Shown here one piece after another: positions 1-9,177 of a DNA stretch of 20,440 nt. The DNA is from Thermoproteota archaeon. Lineage in GTDB: Archaea; Korarchaeota; Korarchaeia; Korarchaeales; Korarchaeaceae. How positions within the stretch are numbered: the first letter of the stretch is position 1; every line of letters starts with the position of its first letter. The translations under genes and the position numbers were made by a program. Location: the NCBI GenBank assembly GCA_037917625.1, contig JAVCBY010000059.1, positions 1 through 20,440 on the forward strand. The letters are read 5' to 3'. The notes below the pieces were generated by a model. It did no database searches, was not told where the DNA came from, and saw only the letters and a program-made list of their open reading frames with translations.

Positions 1-462
1 GCCATCCACTATCTTGAGCGGATCGTACCTCTCCTCCACTAATATGGGGGCGCACCCACTCCCAGTATAAGTGTACTGAAGCGTCACATTGTCCCCGCTC
101 CTCAGTTGTGTTATGTGCCAAAATTCGTTAGCGCTCGGATTATCAGCTTGAACGTAGTTCGGAGGGTTGCCACTATTCACAGTAGCGTAGCTAGGTGCAT
201 AATGAACTGATATCGTTAGTCCGCTGGGCTTGTTTATCGGGATCCAGATATCGGAGACGGTCTCCCCTGTGTTATTATTCATAACTATTATGCGGCCTGT
301 GACGTTCCAGGGACCGCATAAATAACCGAAGCCCTCCGTGTATATCGTTGCATTAACGTATTCATTCACGATTATGGGTAGAGGCGTCTCCGCCGCTCTT
401 AGATCTGGTGCTTGTAGCGTGAGCAGGATCAACAGGAGCATCGTCACCAACAATCTTTTCAT
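1..462 (-). CDS. Secreted/cell-surface protein, N-terminal 154 aa (runs off the left edge of the window)
   Basis: Not in the ORF track; I translated it by hand. ATG at 462 is preceded by GGGAGGTCA (SD) and the frame is open to position 1: MKRLLVTMLLLILLTLQAPDLRAAETPLPIIVNEYVNATIYTEG...PWNVTGRIIVMNNNTG...GDNVTLQYTY. It has a basic/hydrophobic signal peptide, several N-X-T sequons and a beta-rich composition. Confidence 0.85.
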   Translation of the reverse strand, partial: MKRLLVTMLLLILLTLQAPDLRAAETPLPIIVNEYVNATIYTEGFGYLCGPWNVTGRIIVMNNNTGETVSDIWIPINKPSGLTISVHYAPSYATVNSGNPPNYVQADNPSANEFWHITQLRSGDNVTLQYTYTGSGCAPILVEERYDPLKIVDG

Positions 463-569
463 TATGATGACCTCCCACGAATACTTCCACTACTACGCAG
501 TATCTCAAATTTAAACTTAACGATTAACTTTCAATTGGCTGAATATCAAATTGCTAACTAATAGTATTC

Positions 570-595
570 TCTTTATAATCCTTCTTTATAATCCT
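570..595. repeat. 13-bp tandem duplication (TCTTTATAATCCT x2) in an AT-rich intergenic region
   Basis: Read directly: tctttataatcct|tctttataatcct. Confidence 0.8.
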
Positions 596-776
596 CATTT
601 TAATTGTGCATAACTGACTCACTACCTTCAGTTCTTGAAACATTTTCAAAAATGCATTGTAATACACATCTCCGCTGAGCTAAAAGAATTTCCAATTTTC
701 ATCTAGTCGAGTCGATAATGCTAAGAAGTCGTCGATAGTATGAAAAAGCTATGAATTTAATCTACCCTTTAAAAAT

Positions 777-1238
777 TTATGTTCCTAGCGATTTTCTCAT
801 ATCATCTATGATCTTTTGTAGATCATCCAGCTTATTCCTCACTTCGCTCAGTTTAGCTTCATAATCTTTTAATCTCTCCTCAAGCTCCTTCTGAGACTCC
901 AGAGCTGGGATTGCTATCTCTAGGCTGCCCTTACCCTTTATCTCATCGTAAGTCTCCTTAACGAGTTTTCCTGCTTCTATCTTTCCAGCTAGATGATTCC
1001 TCACCGTTGCCTCAGTCCTCCCCAACTCCTCAGCTATCTTAGAAGTTGAATAGCCAGCCCTCTCCCTAGCTAAAGCGCCAGCTGCTATCAAGAGGGAATC
1101 AAGCCAAGTCAACCTATCCTCAGAGCTCCTCACCTTCTCCAGCACGTCCGGTCTCAAGAGCGTGCCTAGGAGCAAGGCTAACTCCAACTTCCTTATATCC
1201 TCCTTACCCACAGGTTTGAGAGGTACTTCCTCACTCAT
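777..1238 (-). CDS. HTH transcriptional regulator of the family found next to archaeal single-domain KaiC proteins (COG1318-like), with a C-terminal coiled coil
   Basis: Contains [41 protein letters not shown] (HTH). It overlaps the KaiC gene by 8 bp, suggesting translational coupling. Confidence 0.85.
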   Translation of the reverse strand: MSEEVPLKPVGKEDIRKLELALLLGTLLRPDVLEKVRSSEDRLTWLDSLLIAAGALARERAGYSTSKIAEELGRTEATVRNHLAGKIEAGKLVKETYDEIKGKGSLEIAIPALESQKELEERLKDYEAKLSEVRNKLDDLQKIIDDMRKSLGT

Positions 1239-1977
1239 GCTCTATCACCCTCCCCCTAAATACCTTATCCGAATGCACTCTTATACCTTCATCCGTTATC
1301 TCGAAGGGGTGCCTCCTCATATCGTGCTTAGTGCCCCTCATCTTCCAAACTATCATGCTCCTAACTAGCTCTCCATCCACCTCATCTAAGTCGAGCCTTA
1401 TTATACCATCGCTAGCGTGCTCCACTCCTGGCCCTCCGAAGCCCCTCTCAGTCACGCTGACTTGCGATACCATGAGAGCAGTGACTCCTAACCCTGAGAG
1501 TACTCTCTTCAATTGCATCAATACGTTCCTAGCGCTCACAGGCCTCGTGAGGTAGAGCGTCGATACGGAGTCTATAGCAGCCCTTTGAGCTTTAGTATCC
1601 CTCAAAGCCTCCCTAAGCACATCCATGAACTCCCCTATATCATCTACACTCCTAACTACGTACCTCTCCCTCTTAGCGGCTTCCCCTACTCCTCCAGTGA
1701 AGGCATCCACTATCGCGAAGATCCCCTGCTCCTCATAACTCCTCACTTCCCACCCGAAGGAAGCCATCTCCCTTCTCACTTGCACGGGATGTTCCTCTAG
1801 AGTGACTAAGACAGCTGGCTCCCCTAATGTGAGGCCGTGATAGAGGAACTGTTGGCTGAATATAGTCTTCCCAGTCCCGGGGCCTCCGGATAAGAGCACT
1901 ACGTTCCTCTTAGGGATACCACCGTTCACTAACTCATCGAACCCAGGTATACCGCTTTTCACCCTCTCTACTATCAT
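1231..1977 (-). CDS. Single-domain KaiC/RecA-superfamily ATPase (PH0284-like)
   Basis: Motifs: SGIPGFDEL, Walker [13 protein letters not shown] catalytic glutamates, Walker B AAIDS, DGIIRL and KMRGT. The start is probably ATG 1977 (after GAGGGTGA) rather than 2001. Confidence 0.93.
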   Translation of the reverse strand: MIVERVKSGIPGFDELVNGGIPKRNVVLLSGGPGTGKTIFSQQFLYHGLTLGEPAVLVTLEEHPVQVRREMASFGWEVRSYEEQGIFAIVDAFTGGVGEAAKRERYVVRSVDDIGEFMDVLREALRDTKAQRAAIDSVSTLYLTRPVSARNVLMQLKRVLSGLGVTALMVSQVSVTERGFGGPGVEHASDGIIRLDLDEVDGELVRSMIVWKMRGTKHDMRRHPFEITDEGIRVHSDKVFRGRVIEHE

Positions 1978-2043
1978 GTTCACCCTCATTATACCCCTCA
2001 CTGAGGATAAAAATTTTAAGTGAAGGGTATGCTCAGCTTCAAG

Positions 2044-3348
2044 CTAATCTAGGTAGTACTCCCTTGATGCGCACCTAACCCCTCCCCCTCCGGCCTCTAT
2101 CTGAGGTATACTAACTCTTATCACATCCAGCCCCCACTCCCTCTCCAAGTACTTGCTAGCTTCCTCATTGTATGCATCTACCACGAGCTTACCCCTCCCT
2201 ATGTTCAGGGCATTGACTAAAGTTATCTCACTGCCCTCAGTTGGTATCTCATCTACCTCAACACCTAACTCATTGAAAACGCTCCCAGCATCAACAATGT
2301 CCATTTCATTTCCGAACTTGATGAAGGAGTAGAAACCCATCCTTCCAGGGCTAAGGAAAACGCAAGGGCCAGCGTTCATCATCACCACATCTAAGTGAAC
2401 TGCTCCAGTCCTCCAATCCCTTATGTAACCCGGTAGGGGGACCCCATATATATCCAAATTCACCCCCTTCAAGGAAAAGTACTCCTTCATGAGCTCGATT
2501 GCTGCCCTATTGCTCCCCCTTATCCCTATCCCCGTGAAGAGAGCTATCTTATCCTTCTTCACTATTATGAAGTTCCCCCCTTCGGCTCTAGCCCTTAAGA
2601 TGCGTCTCCCATCATACCACCACCTAGGCCTGAATGCTGGCTTCAGCCCTATCTTCGAGAAGAATTGAGTAGCTGCATCCTCCTCTCCCCTCCTATGCTC
2701 TAATGTCATGTTCATCACCACTGGGGAGCCCGACCAAGCGACACTCGGATCCCTAGGATAGCCAAGTTTCGGCAATTTCTTCCTCAACTTGACCTTCACG
2801 ACATCGTAGCCGAGCTCCCTCATTTTATCAACGGAATCTCCACCGTAGAAGATTACATTAATGCCCTCATTCTTTAAAGCGTCAGCTATCTCCCTCAGAT
2901 CTTCTATCCAACCTTCGAAACTCGGAGCTTCAGTACCATCGTATGCCCTAGGCTTCCAAACGTAATCAGTCCATCTACCAATTACATCCTCTAGATGTCC
3001 TTTTTCTGGTAAAGCGAGGGCTATATGGGACTTCTGGCTGTCCTCAGGTCTTACCTCCTCCTTCCTCTTGATCCTACTAATTAGATCCTCAGCCCCTTCC
3101 TTCAGGGAATCAGGACCCTCAGCTGAGAGCAGGCATGAGATTAAATCGACCCCTATGAATAGATAGGGGTTTGTCTTTAGCTCCTTCAACTCTATGAACT
3201 CTATCTCCGGCTGGGGTGGTATTCCCGATGGATGAAATACTTCCGTATAACTTACCCTCCTCAAGGGGGGTTCTCTGACCTCCTCAAGGGCTCGGGATAA
3301 TGCTTCATCCTCCGACTTCAGGACCTCCTCAAGGGCCTCCAATATCAA
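2044..3348 (-). CDS. Amidinotransferase / arginine deiminase (pentein) family protein
   Basis: Pentein motifs YPRD, EGGN, HLD and C-terminal GGGGVRCAS (catalytic Cys). TTG start. The substrate cannot be determined from sequence. Confidence 0.85.
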   Translation of the reverse strand: MILEALEEVLKSEDEALSRALEEVREPPLRRVSYTEVFHPSGIPPQPEIEFIELKELKTNPYLFIGVDLISCLLSAEGPDSLKEGAEDLISRIKRKEEVRPEDSQKSHIALALPEKGHLEDVIGRWTDYVWKPRAYDGTEAPSFEGWIEDLREIADALKNEGINVIFYGGDSVDKMRELGYDVVKVKLRKKLPKLGYPRDPSVAWSGSPVVMNMTLEHRRGEEDAATQFFSKIGLKPAFRPRWWYDGRRILRARAEGGNFIIVKKDKIALFTGIGIRGSNRAAIELMKEYFSLKGVNLDIYGVPLPGYIRDWRTGAVHLDVVMMNAGPCVFLSPGRMGFYSFIKFGNEMDIVDAGSVFNELGVEVDEIPTEGSEITLVNALNIGRGKLVVDAYNEEASKYLEREWGLDVIRVSIPQIEAGGGGVRCASREYYLD

Positions 3349-3406
3349 ATCGAACCCCCATGCCTCCGAGCTCAGAATTTAAAATGATTCCTGGGAACCC
3401 CGGGAG

Positions 3407-4669
3407 TCATTTAGATAGGACTAATTCCCTCACTTTCATAGTTCCAAGCTTCTCTAGCTCCAGGAAGCCCCTACTCGCCTTCTCAGCGAAGTAACCACTC
3501 TTGAGCCAGTCGAAGAACCACTGATCTAGGTATCTGGTATCCCCCTGGACCATCCCGTAACCGCCCTTGACCAAGAACCTCAAGTTAGAGACCTCATGAG
3601 AGCCTACAGGATCTGAAGCGAGTATTGGGATCCCGAGAGCAGCGTAGAAGGATAGCTCCGATGGTTTCGTCCATAGAATATCGCTCTTCCTCAGGGCTGA
3701 GTTGAAATCCCTCATATAGCCCTCGGGGTCCTCATTGAATATCAAGCTGATTGAGTCATTTAGCATTTCCCTCATCCCGAGCCTATCCACCCAGTAGAGG
3801 TAATAATCCCTGAGCTTCCTCCTGATTCCTACCGATATCAGGAGCTTGAGCTCCCCCTTGACTAACTTATCCCTCAACTTCTTCATGAGAGCTACGCCCA
3901 GCTTAGCTTGAACACCAGCTCCCCCCACTGAGAAGATCATCGTTAGGGGATGATCCGAGTTACTAGGAATCCCTCCGAGCTTCTCCTTCAACAATGAGGA
4001 ATATTTATCGATGAATATGCCCTTGGGATCGAGATTCGGGAGCCTCTTCGAGAAATCCTCCTTCAAGATATTCATATCCTCTCCTATGAGCTCTAGTGGG
4101 AGGGGAAAGCCCGTCACGAATATCTCGCTCCTCACCCCATAATATCGCAACCTCTCAGCTACTCTCGTCGTAGGAGCTAAGTACTTGATCTTCGATTCCC
4201 CAGGCCTGAGGGGAGCCCATGTCCTAGCTATATCAGCATCGCAGACGAGACAGTAAATATCACTTGGATAACCGTAACGCTCAGCCATGAAAGCTGGGAT
4301 GAAGTAAGTTGATATTAGAGGTAAGGGATCCCTAGAAAGCCTCTTTACGAGATCCCTCCCGAATCCCACTTTAAACAACCCGTATATGATGTGGAGAGCT
4401 AAATTGGGCCTGGATAGATCCCTCCTGGGGTAAAAGCTAGGTACCCTCTGGAAGTAATCGAAGATGAGGAAGGAGAGCTTCCCTATAATAGGAAGCTCAA
4501 TAGATCTCGTGATCCAGGAATAACCGGATGAGAGTAAGCTCCAAATGATCTTATCCTTCTTAGGGATCCCCTCATAATCATCAGCTCTGATCAGCTCTGA
4601 GAACTCCTTGAGAGAGTATGCTGCCCTGAAGTGACCGTAGCCTATCATTGAGTACACGGCGTAACTCAT
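3407..4669 (-). CDS. Putative GT-B fold glycosyltransferase (distantly MGDG-synthase/GT28-like)
   Basis: N-terminal GYGHxRAA, internal VTGFP and GGAG, and C-terminal DILWTKPSELSFYAALGIPI...GSHEVSN resemble GT28 nucleotide-sugar-binding motifs. Confidence 0.6.
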   Translation of the reverse strand: MSYAVYSMIGYGHFRAAYSLKEFSELIRADDYEGIPKKDKIIWSLLSSGYSWITRSIELPIIGKLSFLIFDYFQRVPSFYPRRDLSRPNLALHIIYGLFKVGFGRDLVKRLSRDPLPLISTYFIPAFMAERYGYPSDIYCLVCDADIARTWAPLRPGESKIKYLAPTTRVAERLRYYGVRSEIFVTGFPLPLELIGEDMNILKEDFSKRLPNLDPKGIFIDKYSSLLKEKLGGIPSNSDHPLTMIFSVGGAGVQAKLGVALMKKLRDKLVKGELKLLISVGIRRKLRDYYLYWVDRLGMREMLNDSISLIFNEDPEGYMRDFNSALRKSDILWTKPSELSFYAALGIPILASDPVGSHEVSNLRFLVKGGYGMVQGDTRYLDQWFFDWLKSGYFAEKASRGFLELEKLGTMKVRELVLSK

Positions 4670-4761
4670 CCTACCCCCTAACTCGCAGCCTAAATATAAA
4701 ATGCTCCACGCTCCGCAATCGTAACTTTAGCTCCCCGCATCCTCGCTCAATGACATCTATA

Positions 4762-4805
4762 TGGAAAATTTTCCAGCTAACTACTGCCCTTTTGAAGAGC
4801 TTCCA
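4762..4805. promoter_or_regulatory. Pair of candidate operator sites TGGAA-N4-TTCCA in the divergent GT/AOR promoter
   Basis: Perfect palindrome TGGAAAATTTTCCA at 4762-4775, and TTGAAGAGCTTCCA (one mismatch in the arms) at 4792-4805, exactly 30 bp apart. They sit just upstream of a BRE/TATA-like AAAGATTTATCAA. Confidence 0.5.
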
Positions 4806-4861
4806 GTAGGAACGAAAGATTTATCAATTTCTCCCAACTAAGAGCCGCAGCAGGTGGTAGC

Positions 4862-6664
4862 ATGGTCTCGATATATGCTGAAAAGATTTTACGGATAAAC
4901 TTGAGGGAGAAGAGCATTAAAACTGAGGCCCCTAGGAAGGACTGGCTAGCTCTCTACCTCGGAGGCAGGGGGCTCGGGATAAGATACGTTTATGAGGAGG
5001 TGCCTCCGGGAGCAAATGCTCTGGGCCCTGAGAATAAGATAGTCATCGCCACTGGCCCTCTGACTGGTACTATAGCTCCTCTGAGTGGTAGGTTCGCTGT
5101 CGTTTCGAAGTCCCCGAAGACCGGGACGATAAATGACAACTATGTAGGAGGTTCATTCGGCCCTGAGCTCAAATACGCTGGTTACGATGCTGTGATAATA
5201 GAAGATTTAGCTGAGAAGCCCGTATACATATACATAAGTGATGGGAACGTCGAGATAAAGGATGCGAGCCATCTCTGGGGGATGAAAGTGAGAGAGGCTA
5301 TGGAGGAGCTCAGGAAGGAGCACGGGAACGTTAAGACGATGGTTATAGGGCCGGCTGGGGAGAAATTGAGCTTGATCTCTTCCGTTCATGTAGATGAATA
5401 CTTCGTCGCTGCTAGAGGTGGGATAGGCGCTGTCTTCGGGTCCAAGAAGTTGAAAGGCGTAGTTGTAAAAGCGGAGGAGAGGAAAATTGAGTTACCGAAT
5501 CCTGGGAGGTTCAGAGAAACTATATCGAGGTTGATGAAGGAGAGTGTGCTCACAGAAGCCAATATTTGGGCTAAAACAGATGGTACCCCCATAATAGTCG
5601 ATTTGAGCAATAATGTAGGAGCCCTTCCTCATCTGAACTTCAGGGAAGGATATTATGAGTATGCGAAATTCATAAACACTGATGTAGTCAAGCAGAAGTT
5701 CCACAGTAGGTTCGCATGTCACTCCTGCCCATTAGCTTGCAAGAGGAAGATAAACACGAGGAGGGGTGTCATAAAGGCCCCTGAGTATGAGACCATAGGG
5801 ATGATGGGATCTAACTTAGCCTTCAAGGACATGGACGACTTAGCTTATGCTGCTGAAGTCGCTGATAACCTGGGCTTGGATACTATAAGCTTGGGGAACT
5901 TGCTCGCTTTCATCCTCGAGCTCAAGGAGAGGGGGATAATATCGAAGGAGGATATAGGCTTCGATGTCGATTGGGGGGATGCGGATGGCATAGTGAAGTT
6001 GATTGAGGCCATAGGCTACAGGCAGGGGTTCGGGGACTTAGTAGCTGATGGTGTGATGAGAGCCGCTGAGAGGATAGGTAAGGGCAGCGAGAAATATGCT
6101 ATGCACATAAAGGGATCTGAGATCCCGGCATACGATCCTAGGGGGAGCTGGGGTATGGCATTAGCTTACGCTACTTCCGATAGAGGAGCTTGCCACCTCA
6201 GGGCTTGGACCATAGCGAGCGAGGCCTTCGGTAACATGCCCCCGCACACCTACGAGGGGAAAGCGAAACTCACGAAGGACTTGCAGGACCTCAATAGCGT
6301 GAAGTGGAGCCTCATAATATGCGATTTCTGGGCTCTGGGCTTCCAGGAGATAGCTGACCTCCTATCAGCGGCTATGGATAAGGACTTCACGGTACCTCAA
6401 GTTCAAGAGATAGGTGAGAGGATATGGAACCTCGCTAAGATGTTCAACTTGAGGGAAGGCTTCACTAGGAAGCACGATTATCCTCCAGATAGGTTCTTCG
6501 ATGAGCCTCACACAGTAGGGCCGACCGCAGGTGTTAAGCTAGATAGGGAGGGTTATGAGAAGGCTCTAGATGAATATTACGAGCTCAGAGGATGGGATAG
6601 GGAAGGGAGACCGAAGAGCGAGACTCTGGAGAGGTTAGGCCTCTCCAAAGATCTCAAAATCTGA
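4862..6664 (+). CDS. aor: Tungsten-dependent aldehyde:ferredoxin oxidoreductase family enzyme
   Basis: 600 aa. Motifs: YLGGRGLG, SKSPKTG, GYDAVII, IGPAGEK, GSKKLK, 4Fe-4S CxxCxxxC (CHSCPLAC), EYET, DNLGLDTIS, RGACH, CDF and EYYELRGWD. SD CAGGTGG lies upstream. Confidence 0.95.
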   Translation: MVSIYAEKILRINLREKSIKTEAPRKDWLALYLGGRGLGIRYVYEEVPPGANALGPENKIVIATGPLTGTIAPLSGRFAVVSKSPKTGTINDNYVGGSFGPELKYAGYDAVIIEDLAEKPVYIYISDGNVEIKDASHLWGMKVREAMEELRKEHGNVKTMVIGPAGEKLSLISSVHVDEYFVAARGGIGAVFGSKKLKGVVVKAEERKIELPNPGRFRETISRLMKESVLTEANIWAKTDGTPIIVDLSNNVGALPHLNFREGYYEYAKFINTDVVKQKFHSRFACHSCPLACKRKINTRRGVIKAPEYETIGMMGSNLAFKDMDDLAYAAEVADNLGLDTISLGNLLAFILELKERGIISKEDIGFDVDWGDADGIVKLIEAIGYRQGFGDLVADGVMRAAERIGKGSEKYAMHIKGSEIPAYDPRGSWGMALAYATSDRGACHLRAWTIASEAFGNMPPHTYEGKAKLTKDLQDLNSVKWSLIICDFWALGFQEIADLLSAAMDKDFTVPQVQEIGERIWNLAKMFNLREGFTRKHDYPPDRFFDEPHTVGPTAGVKLDREGYEKALDEYYELRGWDREGRPKSETLERLGLSKDLKI

Positions 6665-6676
6665 ACTCTTTTTGTT
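6665..6676 (+). terminator. Oligo-T archaeal terminator after aor
   Basis: ACTCTTTTTGTT immediately follows the stop codon. Confidence 0.45.
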
Positions 6677-6974
6677 ATCATGCCTTGAAAGTTCACGCTT
6701 TAGGTATTTCCAGTGAGAGAGATCGCTATAGTTCCTTCCAATTTTCGAGTTACTGTATTGTATATTGCTTAAATTCTCAGAGAGAGAAATTAGGGGATCT
6801 CCATACATTCAAATATTTATTAAATTCTTCCGAAAGGTAAAGTAGGGTCCTATCTTATATAGTATCGAAATCGATTACAAATATAGGAGGCAAGAAAAAC
6901 ATAACATTATCATTTATTGAGCAAAAATATTCATTATATTACCAATTATTATATACCAATGTGAATATGATACT

Positions 6975-7042
6975 TTCGAATACGAAATAAAATAAAAATA
7001 ATAAATTCGAATATGGATGTAATTTTTATATTTGAGTACTCA
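6975..7042 (+). promoter_or_regulatory. Promoter of the dehydrogenase gene with repeated TTCGAATA boxes, a TATA box and a downstream palindrome
   Basis: TTCGAATA at 6975-6982 and 7006-7013, TTTTTATA at 7023-7030, and perfect palindrome TGAGTACTCA at 7033-7042. Confidence 0.45.
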
Positions 7043-7054
7043 TTCAGGGACTAG

Positions 7055-8269
7055 GTGGTCCCTTTGGTCAAGATAGTCGTGCTGGGTGCTGGGGTCGTCG
7101 CTCCAGCCATCGTCTATGACCTAGCGGATGATGAAGTGAGTCCGCATGTCGATGAGATAGTCGTCGCGGACATAAATGAGGAGAAAGCTAAGCTAACTGT
7201 AGAAGGAGCTAAGAAATTCACTAAGAGGAAGAAGCTCGATTACGCGAGAGTTGATGTGAGGAATGTGGATGAGACAGCTGAGTTGCTCAGAGGAGCTGAT
7301 GTAGTAGTCAACGGGATAATATATTACTACATACCTCAAGTGATGGAAGCGGCCCTCAGAGCTGGAGTCCATTATACTGATCTGGGCTCTGAAGTACCTA
7401 TCCTGAAGAAGCAATTTGAGTTCGACGAAGCTTATAAGAGAGCTGGTTTGCTAGCGATACCCGGGATGGGAGGATGCCCTGGGATGATAAATGTAGCCGC
7501 TAGGTACGGGGTGGAGCAACTGGATGAAGTGGAGAGAGTGCTGTTGAGGGAGGGATGGGTCGATTTCAATGATTATGACTCCCTCGGGATACCCCTCCCG
7601 GTCCCTTACTCGTTAGATTGCATATTGGATGAGTACATGCATCCCGTTGAGGTCTGGGAGGACGGTGAGATAAAGCTAGTGGATCCCGTAAAGCCCGAGG
7701 ATAGGGAAGTGATGCACTTCCCACCCCCAGTGGGTACCCAGGAGCTCTACTACATCGAGCACCCTGAAGTCTGGACTATAGGGGAGACGTTCAAGCATAA
7801 GGGCCTCAAGTTCGTAGATTACAAAATATCTTATCCTAGGGAGCTCTACATGAAGTATAAGTTATTGACAGATCTGGGGCTCACGAACGATAAGCCAGTC
7901 AGAGTGGGGAGCGTCGAGATAGTACCGAGGGAGTTGCTCAAGATTCTGGTCAACGAGACCTTCAAGGGGAAGGATATACCTCCGAACGATTACGATATAA
8001 TGAGAGTTATAGTCGAGGGGAAGAAGGATGGGAGGAAGGAGAGGATCACGATAGATATTCACACTGAGTGGAATAGGAAATGGGGCTTGACAGCGCAAGC
8101 TGTGACCGTCGGAACTCCCACATCAATTACCGCTCAATGGATGGCTATTGGAAAAATAAAGGAGAGGGGCTTGAAGAACCCTGAGGAAGTCATAGATCCT
8201 ATGCCCTTCTTCGAGGAACTGAAGAAGAGGGGGATAAGGATACATGTGCAAAGGGAATTCCTAATCTAA
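7055..8269 (+). CDS. Saccharopine dehydrogenase family NAD(P)-dependent oxidoreductase (lysine 6-dehydrogenase / carboxyspermidine dehydrogenase-like)
   Basis: Rossmann KIVVLGAGVVA, VVADIN, ADVVVN, GVHYTDL, GMGGCPGMIN and HPEV. The true start may be TTG 7064, after the AGGTGG SD. Confidence 0.88.
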   Translation: MVPLVKIVVLGAGVVAPAIVYDLADDEVSPHVDEIVVADINEEKAKLTVEGAKKFTKRKKLDYARVDVRNVDETAELLRGADVVVNGIIYYYIPQVMEAALRAGVHYTDLGSEVPILKKQFEFDEAYKRAGLLAIPGMGGCPGMINVAARYGVEQLDEVERVLLREGWVDFNDYDSLGIPLPVPYSLDCILDEYMHPVEVWEDGEIKLVDPVKPEDREVMHFPPPVGTQELYYIEHPEVWTIGETFKHKGLKFVDYKISYPRELYMKYKLLTDLGLTNDKPVRVGSVEIVPRELLKILVNETFKGKDIPPNDYDIMRVIVEGKKDGRKERITIDIHTEWNRKWGLTAQAVTVGTPTSITAQWMAIGKIKERGLKNPEEVIDPMPFFEELKKRGIRIHVQREFLI

Positions 8270-8336
8270 TTCCTTTATTGTCTTTTTTCATTTAACTGGA
8301 CATTAACTAAAATTTATCTAAAAAATTAATATAAAA
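8270..8336. terminator. Bidirectional T-rich terminator region between convergent genes
   Basis: T6 at 8283-8288 on the + strand, and A6 at 8320-8325 (T6 on the - strand). Confidence 0.45.
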
Positions 8337-9140
8337 TTAATATCTCACGATGAACTCACAGAATTCATCCCCAGTTGCTTTACATCTCGTCTCCCTAACT
8401 TCCACAGGGGATCTGAGTATCCTAGTCAGAGCTCCAGTGATGACCCCCTTAGTGAAGTAGCATGATGGCTCACTCGACTTCGGGCTCGCCTCTGCCTCTA
8501 GATTCTCCTCGATCTCGATCCTCAAGGTGCCCTCACCTAACTCTAGGCTCGATCTACCCCAGCCTGAGGCAGCTAGCATACCGGACATGACATAACGTAT
8601 CACATCCATTGGTTCCTCGATCCCAGCTCTCCTCGCTATATCTATGTAATTTTCCGCGAATCCCTTCCCCATCCCATATCCTATCCTGTATATTATCGCA
8701 TAATAGGCTTGGGAGCCCAGTATCGCTATTAGATCGGAGGTTAGCGTCTTCCAAGCTTCTTTCGTTAAGGTAAAGATCCTCTCATCGTAACGCATCAGCG
8801 GGAAGTTCAATTTATCTATGAGTAGACCCTCCCTCTCGCATACTTGGTATAATACTCTTCCGATCCCCTCTATAGATGAAAATTTATCCTTAATATCGCT
8901 TATGACAGATTCTGGTTTCCCAGATATGTTCACGACTAAGTAGATCGCCCCCCTCCCTCCCTCAGCGTAAGCGGATATTTTATGGAGGTTCAATCCCAGC
9001 TCTCTCAGGACATCAGTTATCTCTCTAAGGATTCCGATCCTATCCCTAGTTACCTCCATCAGAAAGGCAGCGAGCTTATCCCCCGGTGATATCGTCACCC
9101 TAGTGAGCGGGACCCTGAAGTCTGCTGATCTTTCCCTCAT
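8337..9140 (-). CDS. ACT + V4R domain protein (paralog 1), putative ligand sensor
   Basis: N-terminal ACT signature (DRIGILREITDVL...GLNL). C-terminal V4R metal-site pattern ENLE...CYFTKG...ETRCKATGDEFCEF. Confidence 0.88.
   Translation of the reverse strand: MRERSADFRVPLTRVTISPGDKLAAFLMEVTRDRIGILREITDVLRELGLNLHKISAYAEGGRGAIYLVVNISGKPESVISDIKDKFSSIEGIGRVLYQVCEREGLLIDKLNFPLMRYDERIFTLTKEAWKTLTSDLIAILGSQAYYAIIYRIGYGMGKGFAENYIDIARRAGIEEPMDVIRYVMSGMLAASGWGRSSLELGEGTLRIEIEENLEAEASPKSSEPSCYFTKGVITGALTRILRSPVEVRETRCKATGDEFCEFIVRY
8656..8688. repeat. 33-bp direct repeat, copy 1
   Basis: GCGAATCCCTTCCCCATCCCATATCCTATCCTG, identical to 9503-9535. Confidence 0.92.
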
Positions 9141-9177
9141 GAGTATCCTCTACCCTTACTATTGAATATTTTAACCT

